Of a stretch of DNA of 64,000 bases, positions 11,498-22,900 are shown piece after piece. The stretch covers positions 671,877 to 735,876 of the forward strand of contig BFEA01000014.1 of NCBI GenBank assembly GCA_003427395.1, written 5' to 3'. This DNA is from Chara braunii. Lineage: Eukaryota > Plantae > Charophyceae. Each line of letters starts with the position of its first letter. The stretch's first letter is position 1. The position numbers and the translations under genes are program-made. The notes below the pieces were generated by a model that was not told the origin of the DNA, did not search any database, and saw only the letters and a list, made by a program, of their open reading frames with translations.

Positions 11498-11952
11498 CAA
11501 AGCTCTGGACACGATTGTGCAGTGAGATTCATCCAGGTCCAGTCGTAATTTGAGTCAGATGCATTTCGGTCGGAAAGAGCCAGTGTGAGTATGCCCTCGG
11601 AGTGGTTAGCTGGGGGAGCTGACCGTCCTACCCTACCCTTCCTCCTGCGTGCCCAGCTCAATTGGGGTCCTATTCTTCCGCGTTTTAGTCTTCTGCAGGA
11701 CGAAGCTGTGGACACGATTGCGGTGAGATTCATCCAGGTTTAGTCTTGTGCTGGACAAAGCTCTGGACTCGATTGCGGTGAGATTCATCCAGGTCCAGTC
11801 GTAATTTGAGTCAGATGCATTTCGGGAAGCGCCAGTGTGAATATGCCCTACCGAGTAGCAGTGGTCAGACGGAGAAGCTGACCGTCCTATCCTACCCTTA
11901 CAGCTGCGACGCCAGCTCAATTGGGGTCCTATTCTTTCGCCTTTTAGTCTTT
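11498..11952 (+). repeat. Diverged tandem duplication, period about 258 bp
   Basis: CTCTGGAC(A/T)CGATTG...GTGAGATTCATCCAGGTCCAGTCGTAATTTGAGTCAGATGCATTTCG at about 11503 and 11761, plus a partial unit at about 11706. Confidence 0.75.
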
Positions 11953-12194
11953 CTTTTGCCTGCTCCCCACCAATAGAACCTTTTTTTTTTTTTTTTTTTT
12001 TTTTTTGAACCCCCCCCCTATAACCCTAATTGGTGGGAAGGCAACATGGCTGGACCCATTTTTCAGCAGGTGCTGCTCCCCACCAATAGATTGGAGCTCC
12101 TTATGCGCCAGATTCATGATCCGGTAGGGACCTTAGAGCGACGGGTGGGCCGATAGTATCCCAGGAGGAAAGGTTTTGGCATGTGGTACAAAGC

Positions 12195-12230
12195 CTGTCT
12201 CTTATACACATCTAGATGTGTATAAGAGAC

Positions 12231-12232
<2 letters not shown>
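12195..12232. other. Nextera mate-pair junction adapter (assembly artefact)
   Basis: Exact CTGTCTCTTATACACATCT+AGATGTGTATAAGAGACAG (Tn5 mosaic ends head to head). Confidence 0.98.
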
Positions 12233-12266
<34 letters not shown>

Positions 12267-12699
12267 AGTTGTGGGGGTGTGGGATAAGGTTTTTTTCGTT
12301 GTTTCTTTCTTTTCCTCTGTTCATCCGTATAATTTTGGATCCGGATACGGTCGATTTTATCGCGGCCTTCTTTTTGGACTTCTTTTGTAAATCGTCTCGG
12401 ATTTTCCTTGTCGTTTGTATTTTGTATGTATGCATGGAATGAATGTGAATTCCCTTTCAATTAGCAATCTTTTCGGATTTCCAATCTTATTTTGCGATGC
12501 CCGTTTCGTCTCTGTCTACTGCTCACTTGCGTGAGCTATACGCTCAGATATGTTAGAAAGTGCTCGATTATGGATGTTTTGGTTTAGTTGTTAAACGTTC
12601 GATCGACAAGAGTGCTATAAGAAGTTGATGATCCTTTCTCTTCTTTCCTCATTTTTGTCACATGTATGATATGTAATGATCGGATCTCACCCGATGCTG

Positions 12700-13325
12700 C
12701 AGGGATAGGATATCTGCATGCATGTTAAATGCGATCGACGCACTGAACTAACCCGCTGTTTCTCACGTGCACGCTCGTGTACGACCGCGATCTCAAGGAA
12801 ACCGAGTCGCCTCGTACGCGTTCGTCTGCGTGAGTCAGCCTTGGAACTCCATATTAGGATGCAGGAAACCCAGCTTTCTAAACGGATATGGCTGCGGAAT
12901 TTCCCACTTCGATGTCCGATCGTGAGAGTCTTAGGGACCCGGAATACTGCGAATACTGGAAAGGTGAAGAACTCAGATGACGGGGGAACTTAAGAAATCC
13001 GGAATTCCCTTGTCTGACAGAAAGCGATCGATTGTGTGCGAGCGACTTTCACTGTGCCATAACTAACGATCCTAGTAGGGGCCCCGATTACCCGAATACT
13101 TATAACACGCAGTATTTGCCTTATGCTGCACGGCATAAGCAACTTCTTATTGTGCACACCCTCTTTGCGCTTATACCCCCGAAACTTGCCACAGGATATC
13201 TCTGTCCCGACCTGGGACTCCACCCCCACTTTTCTAAAATCCTTGGCACACCCCTTTTCGCACTTCCGGAGCTTCATCCCACTCCGATCAGGAAGTAGCG
13301 CTGGGCGTGAGGTTTGGGCGTCACA
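12700..13325 (+). mobile_element. LTR fragment, same family as 1-878
   Basis: About 12990-13325 aligns with parts of 210-878 and ends GGGCGTCACA. The 5' boundary is uncertain. Confidence 0.55.
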
Positions 13326-13499
13326 ACATTCGAACTACGTTTCCTGACCCTCTGATCATCTGCACTCCACGGCCGGACGGAACGCTGCACCGTGCGGCAT
13401 AGGGCCAACCAAGACTTTTCGGACTGCTAGTGGGGCTTAGCCGCTTGCCTACGCAGCCATGGGGAATTATTCGACGGAATCTAGCCATTTTTCGCGTAC

Positions 13500-15499
13500 G
13501 AAACATCCTTGGGAGACCCTACTCTTGCCCTGGCCTTGAAACGAATATACCGAGAAACCAAGCTGCCAGTGAAAACGGGTAATCACCAACGTGCCAAGCT
13601 TGTGACAAACCAATTCCTGTTTCGTGCAATTTTTTGCACGACGACAATGAGGGGTCCTAAGCTAGGAAGGTTGGGCCTATTACAGGAGATGGGATCCAAC
13701 GGGAAAATTGCATCGGTGTCCTTGTTTGTTCTTCTTTTTACGTCACTTCTATTCGGATGGTTGGGGCCAGGGCTGGGAAAGTCCCGGGGTGGTCGATTGA
13801 GTGGCTGGCGCGCTGACAGAGGCGCGATTGATAATGGTTGACGTCACTTCTTTCTTGTTTTGCTGTCGGGTTTTCGGTGCAGTGATCGCGCGGGAATTTT
13901 GCTTCTTTCTTTTTGAATTTCTTTTTCGAATCTTGTTGAACCCTCGCTGACTCTCGGAATTTCGGACTTTCTTTTCAGGATTTTTGTTTTAATAAAGTTA
14001 TTTTTGCATTTTCTCGTTAAATAGGAATTTAAGAATTTAGGAATTCGGAATTTTCTTTTGCCGCGTGGTGCTCTTTGCTCACGCGTTTCTTTTTGCGGTT
14101 GCAACGGAGCTCTGATTAGTCGGCGCCCATAATCTTGCGTGTAACTGTAATTTTGGGCGGGGCGCCCTTGTAACTGTATCTTCCTTCTTGAGCTTCGTCT
14201 TTCCCGCCCTCTCTCTTCCTTGTTGTGTCCAGTTGGCCCGCGGGCTGCATTATCGGATCAATGCGTGGAGAGTGGCTACGTCCCCCACGCCGCGATCTGG
14301 CCATGTTGAATGTAGGCACTCCCTCCCCCTCTTTTCTTCTAAGTCCTTGCAATTCCGTGTTCTTCGCGCATGCATGCACGCTATAAATTTCGGCTGCGCG
14401 ATTATATAGCTCTCTTAAATAGTTGTTGGAAGCTCGGGGTAGCGCGATCAGTGAGGGTCGGCTTACGAGCGAAGTAAGAGGTGAGTTGAAGTGGGAGTTG
14501 GGCGATTCGACGAGCTGGTGCTGAATGTGCGGGGTTGACACGTGGGGCTACGACGGACTGTAGCGTGTGGGCGAACCTCATCGGCACAGGAGGACTAAGC
14601 GGGGTGACAACTTCGTGGGTTGGTGCGTGACGACGGACTGTCCGCATCGGAGGGGGAGAGAGAGAGACAATGGAGATGGATGGACGTGGAGTTGCAAATT
14701 TCTTTGTCTTGTCCTTTGCTTTTGTATATAAGTTTTGACTTCGGCTCGGGCAATTTGCCCTTATTTTTCCTTCAACATCTTTGTCTCGACGTTGGCCCTC
14801 GTATGGTGTCTTATTCAGTTTCGATCCTTCCGTGTTTGTGTATATTGGATGGACGAAGTCCTGACGGAATGATATGCTTGTCGTTTTTGCCTAATCATCA
14901 TCGTTGCTTGTCACTTTGATCTGTTGTCGTCACGATAAGAGTTTGATGTTGTTGCGGTGTCTGATGTGTGTGATGTCATTTTGCATGATAAGAAATGATT
15001 GTTTGCGGGATCACCGAATGATTAGATGATTGGGTGGGTATCTATGTCACGTGGCGATTTTCCATGTAGGACCGAACTCTCACTTTGGCACGAAAATCAA
15101 CCAACAAGCTCGTGTATGACCGAACACCTCGTGTGCGCACGTGTAAGCGCGATCTGATCAGCGCGGCCTACACGTATCCACATGCGGGCGATTCGCGATC
15201 ACACCTCCAGTATCGGGATAAGGGCAAATTTTCCTTTTTGTGAGAATTTGAGCTGGTAGGAATTTCTGCCACCATACCCGAAAATTTCCTTGTCAATCGA
15301 AGTACGATCCGATGCGTGCGGAGGGTTCCCACTACGCTGCATCTAGTGATCCGCCGGAATGACAAAATGTCGTACATCGTGGACTGGGAAAGATTGCGGG
15401 ACTCAGAGTACCAAGAATACTGGGAGGAAAAACAACTTAGGCTGATACCCGGAAATTCCCTTGTCAATCGAAGTACGATCCGATGCGTGCGGAGGGTTC
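13500..15499 (+). mobile_element. LTR-family fragment, truncated at the contig break at 15500
   Basis: 13560-14670 is a diverged inverted copy of 15560-16610. 15280-15499 carries the same 171-bp unit as 1-230. Confidence 0.5.
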
Positions 15500-15500
15500 N

Positions 15501-15555
<55 letters not shown>

Positions 15556-16717
15556 CCTCCCTCCCTCCCTCCCCCCGATGCAGGCAGTCCGTCGCCTCAC
15601 ATCAACATAGAGTTGTCACCCCGCTTGGTTCAAGCAGGCAAGCCAGGTTTGCCCATGCGCCACAGTCCGTCGTGGCCCCGCACGTCAACCCCGCATACCC
15701 AACACCAGCTCGTCGGATCGCCCAACTCTCGCACTCACTCACCTTCCAAACTTGCTCGCTAACCGACCCTCACTGATCGCGCTAACCTCAAAATTCTTAG
15801 AGAGCAAACTAATCGCGCTTGTGAAATTTATAGCATGCATGGCTGCATGAAAGGTATGGGATTAAGCCTAGGTGGACAAGAGGAGAAGAGAGGAAGTGTC
15901 TACGTCTGCATGGCGAAGCCGCGGCGTGGGGGTCGTAGCGACACTCCACTCATCGATCCGGTCATGCAGGCGCTCCGGCCAATTAGAACAGAGTATGCGC
16001 AGCGAGGAAGAAGGAGAAGGCAAGTAAATACGAGGAAACCAAAAAAGAAGAAAGATACAGTTACAATCGCGCCCGCCAAAAACGACAACTATACCGGATT
16101 AAGGGTGCGATCCAGTCAAAGCCCAGTTCCCAGCGCAGCAAAATGCGAGCAAGCGCGGCGCAACAAAATTCAGAGTACCTAAATTCCTAGCTTAAGTCCT
16201 AATTGCAAAAGAAAATCCGAAAAAGTAAAAAAAGAAAAACAATTCCGTGAGCCCGTGGGGGCTCGACATCAGTTGAAAATTCAAAAAACGACATTCCCTG
16301 CACGATGATCGCGCCAAAATTCCCAGCGCTCACAGCAGAACAAGAAATAAGCTATGGTACAGTTATTTCTCGCGCTCGCCAAGGCACGACTACCCAACCG
16401 TTGGCACGGGATTTTCCCGACACCGATCCGACAACTCCCAAAAGTGAAAAGAAACGAGAACGTCCATGCAATTTGCCCGCCCGACCCATCTTCCCACAAC
16501 TCACCCATCCGACCCGTCTCATTTCCCCAGGCAGCTTCGCGCAGAAAGTCGCGCAATTACTGAAAATGGTTTGCCACAACATAACCGGTTCGTGCTTGTG
16601 GTAGCTGCCGGGCTCGCCTAGGGATGTGAAGGTGGTAGGACCGGCGCAGTCTTTTCTACTATGGGCCAAGTTCCTAAGAGTCAAGTTATATTAAATGTGT
16701 GCGGAGCCGCGGTCACA
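15501..16717 (-). mobile_element. LTR-family fragment in opposite orientation
   Basis: Minus strand starts TGTGACCGC at 16717. Homologous to 13560-14670. Confidence 0.5.
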
Positions 16718-17479
16718 ATCAAACTAGAAAGCACAGGAAAGAAAAAGAAAAGAAAAACGAGAAGAAGTTGGACATCTTAGTCGACACCTGATATGGACCG
16801 CCATTTTAGTTTCGATGGATCTAAAGGCCACAGGCTGCCGCCCCGATACGATCCTTGGTGATAATTTTAATTTTTTATATTTTGTTTTTCTCTTTTTAAA
16901 TTTAGTTTGACTTTGCGGGGGAACGAACAATTCACTTATGATTTCAAATTTTAATGGGCAGCTGAGACTGGCTTGACCCCTCGTGAACCTATTTCACCCA
17001 GTGAAATGTCTTGAACCAGCTGACACGCGTGGTGAGCCTTGTCACCTTTAATGGGGTATCGCAGGGTAGGGAAAATTGCATTCCAATTTGCATTGTCAGG
17101 GGGGCGCGGCGCTACCGGGAGCGCTGCGCCCCGCCCTGGGTTGGGACATCGCACAAGTGGGCTATGGTGAAGGCGCACAGCGGCGACGGTGGCCATCTCT
17201 TCTCTCAACCAGGCGCTTTGCGCACGCGCAGGTGACCGGAGGCGCTTGTCTACACCACGTCGTAGTCTGATGTGGCGGATGGACTGACTCCCGTTGGCTT
17301 TTTTCTTCTGGGAGTTCCACGTTTCACTCCATTGCTGCTGCGTTTTTGCACGTGGCATATGGCCTGGGAGGCGTTGGCTATGTCGACCCCTGTGGAGTAC
17401 AGTGGAGTCAACCCTTGGTAAACTGAAGTGCGAGTGCAGTCGCGACTGCAATTATGAGGAAGTGGGTGCGTCAGCATAA

Positions 17480-18010
17480 TCAAGGCGCTGCTCGACATCA
17501 GCAACGGGGCGTTGATCATCACCAACACCATCATCAACAGGGCACAGTTTGACACCATCATCACAGTGAGCGTTCGTCATCGTCTCAGGGTGCTTCTCGT
17601 CATCATCATCGTCATGACTATCATCATCAACAGGGCGTGGTTCGACATCATCATCACGGTAATGGTTCGTCATCAGCATCAGGTGTCATCACTATCATCA
17701 TCATCAGGGAAACGCTCGTCATCAACATCAAGGCATGGGTGACGTCATTATTGACGCTGCTCATCATGATGATCATCATCATCATTGTGTCTTCATAGGG
17801 TGTCACCGGGGTTGCTCGTTATCATCATCATCATTGTCATTATGCCAGTATCATTACCATCATCAATAGTTCACCATCATACGGCACTGTTGGCGAATCT
17901 TGTCCTCATAGGGCGCTGATCACCATCATCATCATTAGGTTATCATCCAAGGTGCTCGTCATTAGCACCATCATTATCCTTTTGTCATTATAGGGCATTG
18001 TGCGTCATCG

Positions 18011-18045
<35 letters not shown>

Positions 18046-18099
18046 TTCATCATCATCATCATCATCATCATCGACATCATCAGCATTATCATCAGCATT

Positions 18100-18139
<40 letters not shown>

Positions 18140-18330
18140 ATAATTTGTAATCATAGGGCGCTGTTGGTACTGTTCTTCACTATGATCAGGAGCATCATTC
18201 TGTCTTCATTTTCATCATTACTATCATCATCATCATTTTGTTATCATCAGATGTTGCTTTTCAAGGCCTTGTTTTCTTTTCACATCAGCAGGTAAGTTGG
18301 TCGTCATCATCATCTTCATCATCATCAGCA
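17480..18330 (+). repeat. Degenerate (CAT)n microsatellite/minisatellite field
   Basis: CATCATCAT-rich with recurring AACAGGGC/ATAGGG spacers. Purest at about 18010-18138. Confidence 0.9.
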
Positions 18331-18479
18331 AATCCAGAAGAAGAAAACTCTCATGTACCTTTCTTCATTATAATTTTCAGAAATTTCCTACTCTTCCACT
18401 CATATCTTCGGAATTTGATTTCCTAAAACTCCTGAGGCTCGTTTTTTATTTTCTCCACTATTCATTTCTGGGTCCGCAT

Positions 18480-19196
18480 AGCCGGGGAGGAAATGACAGA
18501 TATGATTAAACAATATGTAGACCAGGACCTCAGGGCACAATGGCAGAAAGTCAAAGATCAGTTGGATAGGCTTCAAACACAAAAAGATATAAGACAAAAA
18601 AATTCACAATTTTCAGGGGACTGGTTGGGCAGCGACAACGGGGGCCGGATCACCTTCATCAAATGGGAGGGGGGCGGCAACCCCAAAGATAACGAAGGTA
18701 CAGAGGAAGGCAGCCATGCGACAATCAAGAGAGACTATCATATCTGCTTCAGAGATTGGACAACGATGGATCCGAGGATCTCGTTGCAACCGCCCTCGAA
18801 ATTTTCCGATCCCTTCCCTCCCCATCAGTTGACCATAGTGGATATGCAATGGTACGGAGTGGTGTGAGTGGGTCAGCAGTAGGCAGTGCTCTTCTCATAT
18901 ATGGCAGTCACAACATCCAAAAACAGATCGGGTGAAAAAGGGGGAAGGAGGAATAGGTGTTCAATTTCCTCTCAATAACCTGCACAGTTAATCCTCTGCA
19001 GAGCAGAGCAATCAATGCTGGCAAACTTCTTTTCTCAGTTTTTGGTATTCACTCTGTATATGGGACGCTGGACCCGTTTTCCAGCAGGTGATGCTCCCCA
19101 CCAATAGATGGAGCCCCTCCCCGGGTGCTAGTGGTGTCTGCTTCATCAGCGCCACTAGCACTGTAGGGAGCGTTTTTTTCAACAAAAAAAAAAAAG
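18480..19196 (+). mobile_element. 5'-truncated LINE 3' stub: ORF2 C-terminus, structured 3'UTR, poly(A)
   Basis: ORF 18493-18867 is homologous to ORF 27004-27399 (IKQ.V..DL..Q...DW.G...GG.I....WEG...Y...F). Conserved 3' motifs at 18981-19023 and 19062-19160; A-tail at about 19184-19195. Confidence 0.6.
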
Positions 19197-19239
19197 TTAT
19201 GGTTTCCCTTTGGGCGCATTAATGAATTATTTTTGTGTG

Positions 19240-20730
19240 GGTGGGGGGTTGGGGTTTTAAGGAGGAGAGCTCTACTCTGCAGGGGCTTCACAAGGTGGAG
19301 GGTGAAATGCCCTGGAGGGAGTGGGGGCAAAGTTTTGGGGGTTGCCCTATTCTGGGGCTGGGAGAGATGTAATGGCTGACATCATATCCCAACGGAGGCA
19401 GATAGGGGTGAGGGGGTGGCTGAGGCATACTTTGGGTGGAACTGGATACCTTAGTGGAAGTAGGGGGAGAAAACAGGTATATCCCAAGTTGGGGCCGATA
19501 AGGAGAGTTTGTGATCAGGGCAGTCCTTTTCGGTGGAGGCAGTAGAGGGACAGGGGGAGATGTAGGGGAGGGGGGGAAATAATCTACAACAACATCCGGA
19601 ATTCTGGTTCTCCTTTTTAGTGTAAACAAATTACTTCTGGTGAGGGGGTGGGTTGGGGGAGAACTCTACTCTGCAGGGGCTTCACAAGGAGGGAGGTGAT
19701 TGTCCTGAAGGGAGACAGGGCAGATTTTGGGGGATGCCCTATTCTCGGGCCGGGGGAGATGTATGGGTTGGCATCATATCCCAGCGGAGGCAGATAAGGG
19801 CAAGGGGTTGGCAGAGGCATACTTTGGGTGGGAACTGGATGCCTTTGTGGGAGTAGGGGGGGGGAAATGGGTTTGTCCCAAGTTGAGGCCGATGAGGACT
19901 GCTCGTGATCAGGGGCGGTCCTTTTCGGTGGAGGCAGCAGTGGGGCAGGGGGATGAGGGGAAAGGGGGGAATTTCTTTATCCAATTTGGTTGGGATTTTT
20001 TCTGATTTTCCCTGGAATATTCAAAACAAGCACCCTTGTTATTCCTGGTAGTTTGAAGAATCTTTCAGGACTCTGAGGGACTGTTGGTGGTTTGTACGAA
20101 GCTGCACTGGAATTAGACTGTTATATTCAGGATCCGTGGCTGTTCCATGCCAGAACGACACTGGACGGAGCTGGGGTGATGCCCTGTAACTTGTCGAAGG
20201 TGAGGGCATGAGGCCTTGTAGAGAGATCTGGGGATGCTATGCGGGGGCATCCTAAGGGACAGTTGGGGGTTGCTGACACAGGACGAGACTGGTCGGAGCT
20301 GGAGTGAGTCGCGTTACTCTGTAACCTAGCGGATAGGGGGCGTGAGGCCTGGATGAGTTTGTCAGAGAATAAGTCAGTTTTGGTGAGCTTTGTTATGATC
20401 TGCTGGAATTCCCTTAGATACTTGAGTATTCAGAGAATTGCGGGTGGATTTCAGGAGGTGTTTAGCGATCGTAAAAAAAGATTCGTAGTTTTTCTCATCA
20501 TCTATATTTGTAGTTTTCTCATCATCTATCCCGATTTTCAGCAGTTTGTTTATGATCTTGGAGGATACTCTCAAGCCAAAACCGGGTCATGGCCCTGGTA
20601 CTTCAATTTGTTCATAATTTTTTTTTACATATCTTCATATGGGACGCTGGGCCCGATTCCCAGCACGTGCTGCTCCCCATGAATAGATTGGAGCATGTCT
20701 TCCATTAAAAAAAAAAAAGAAAAAAAAAGG
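19240..20730 (+). mobile_element. Degenerate retroelement 3' region with a ~394-bp tandem duplication, ending in the conserved 3' motif and poly(A)
   Basis: CTCTACTCTGCAGGGGCTTCACAAGG at about 19270 and 19664. Motif at 20641-20694; A-tail 20707-20728. Confidence 0.5.
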
Positions 20731-20742
20731 GCCTCAACAATA

Positions 20743-20805
20743 GGGCACCCGTGGCTGCAGTGGTAGGAGGCTTATCACTCCCCATGGAAGGTCATAAACC
20801 CCCTC
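20743..20805 (+). mobile_element. Possible tRNA-derived SINE head
   Basis: A-box-like GTGGCTGCAGTGGTAG. The B-box region is partly deleted (GGTCATAAACCCC). Confidence 0.3.
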
Positions 20806-21489
20806 CTTACCATCGGACATGGGCCCCAACTAGTGGTAGTACCTGTTGCCTCTTATAAAGGGATGGAGTTGGTCTATTGGTATCCTGTTATGGGACCACT
20901 GCGCGCCAAGCTTGCAGTCTTTTCAAACTAAGTTGAAAAGACTGCAGGTGCTGGTCATAGAGGGACGTGCCCACAAAATGACAGTTGAGTCTTAAAGGTG
21001 TGATTATTCTACTAGTATTTTTAATATTTTACTATGAATGGTTGGAAGATCATTGAAATGCCCTATTATTTTAATTATTTTAGAGGTTTATTTTGGTTCC
21101 TTATATAGACCACAGGGACTACTACTATTTTGGTCCACAAGACTCGAGGTTCATGGCACACTAGGCCTTAGTGTCGGGAGAAGGCCCTTGGATCACGACT
21201 ATTCTGAATTTTGATGGAGACGAAGCCAAATTAAAAGTGAACGTCAAAGGGGGTAGAGAGTGGAAGAGATGAGGAGAGAGAAGAAATTGCAGACAACGAT
21301 CACTGTCCAACGTACGTTTGTTTGTAGAATGGAGAGATTATGACAAAAACACGTGAATCTGTCTTCCCAAAGTTTAAACCTTCAAAAGTTAGATTCACCT
21401 AGTTGTTGATGTAAGTCTGTCCCCAGTTATAGCATCCTAAAAGTGCAACCAACATCGAACCCAGTCTGAAGGCTATTTCCAAGTCACAT

Positions 21490-22900
21490 TTAAGTTCTCC
21501 ATCTGTTCTCGCGATCCCATTGCACAATCGTCCAAGGTAATGAAGCATGCTTCTTTTGGAGAAGCCTAGTTCCTTTGGATGTCCCTAAGATCATCTTCAT
21601 TGTCTGTCCTGTCCGCTTCATCCTCTTCGTCGCGGCGTGCGGATTCGGCTCCATCTTCTTGTTGTGCGCCTTAGCTTCGTGAATTCCTACGTGTCCTGTT
21701 TTGCCAACTCCCACGCACTGTTGTCTTTTCTTTCCCACTTGACATCTCTCTTCAAGCATAGGACCTTGATCTTCTTTCTAGTCATTTCCATGTGATCCAA
21801 CCTTTGTCTCGTATACTCCACGATCCCCACTTCAGCCCTTCCCACCAGTCCTCCACGATTGACTTTTAACTCGTCCTCCTCCTCTTCAGATCCATTGTTG
21901 TTATCCCAGTAGATGCATTGTTGTCACACAGCTTGCTCCGCGCCTGACGCTTCTTCCGCCTTAACAGTTACTATTCTCTTGTGTTTTACTGGTCTTGCAG
22001 GCGATTATCTTCATGACATCCTCCAAGTTCACTATGCTTGGAGGGGCTTTATTTTCTGAAGCCGGTCCTTCGATAGCGGTGTCCTATGTGCACTGTTTTT
22101 CACCATCTTCATTTGAGGATACTTCGATATGCGGCTGTCTGATCTTAACCCCCCTGCTCCTTGATCGTGATCTGGACTTCTGCCGTTCTGCTGCCCACGA
22201 AAGGATGTCAACGACGTGCTTCCTTTTCTCGTTGCTGTTCACTTCTCCCTTCTTTGGCATCCCTTCGAGATCTTCAATCTTCTTCGCTAGTTTCTCGTTC
22301 TGTCCATCGACTTCCTTCCTTTTCTTGTCGACGACGTCCAATTTGCCCGTGATACGTTTTCGAGACATGCCAAAGTTTTTGGCGAGCCAGATCTTCAGAT
22401 TTTTCTCCCCGTCTTCTGAGCTGGTGCTTTCTTTCCCCTCCCCTTTCTCCTTTTTCGTGCCAACGCTGTTGCTGCTTTCTCCTGACTGCCCGTTCTTCTT
22501 TTCCTCATTCGCATCCCTGCTTTTCCACTTTTCGATCAGTTTCAGGTGTTCGCGTGTCAAGCATGCGTGGTTCCCTGGCCCTGCAAAAGCATTGGCATCC
22601 GGCTTCGACGATTGCACATATCCATGTTGAGTAGTTTTAGTTGTTGTGCATCAGTGGCGGAAGGGGGAGTTGATGCATCCATGCATATGGATACCGCGAT
22701 GGAGGGAGGTACCTGACAGGCCGCTGAACCTGATTAGGCACACTTGTAGGGGTTGGATATGTATCAGGATGGCAGCCGATGTATTAGTCGGCACTGTCGC
22801 CTGATATTCAATCCAATACCTCCTATCTCCTGACCGCCTTCCCCTGCCTCACCCTCATCCCCTGCCATGTCCTTGCATACAGCTTCTTGAAGTCGCCTGG
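21490..22900 (-). pseudogene. Degenerate K/E/R-rich coiled-coil ORF, probably a retroelement accessory or gag-like ORF
   Basis: Fragments 22084-22617 and 21490-21759, with charged coiled-coil composition and an RSRSRSR tract, broken by stops. No diagnostic catalytic motif seen. Confidence 0.35.

Noticed and set aside
12195-12232. Tn5/IS50 ends suggesting bacterial transposon HGT (also 25688 and 29296)
   Set aside because: Exact synthetic Nextera mate-pair junction; a library artefact.
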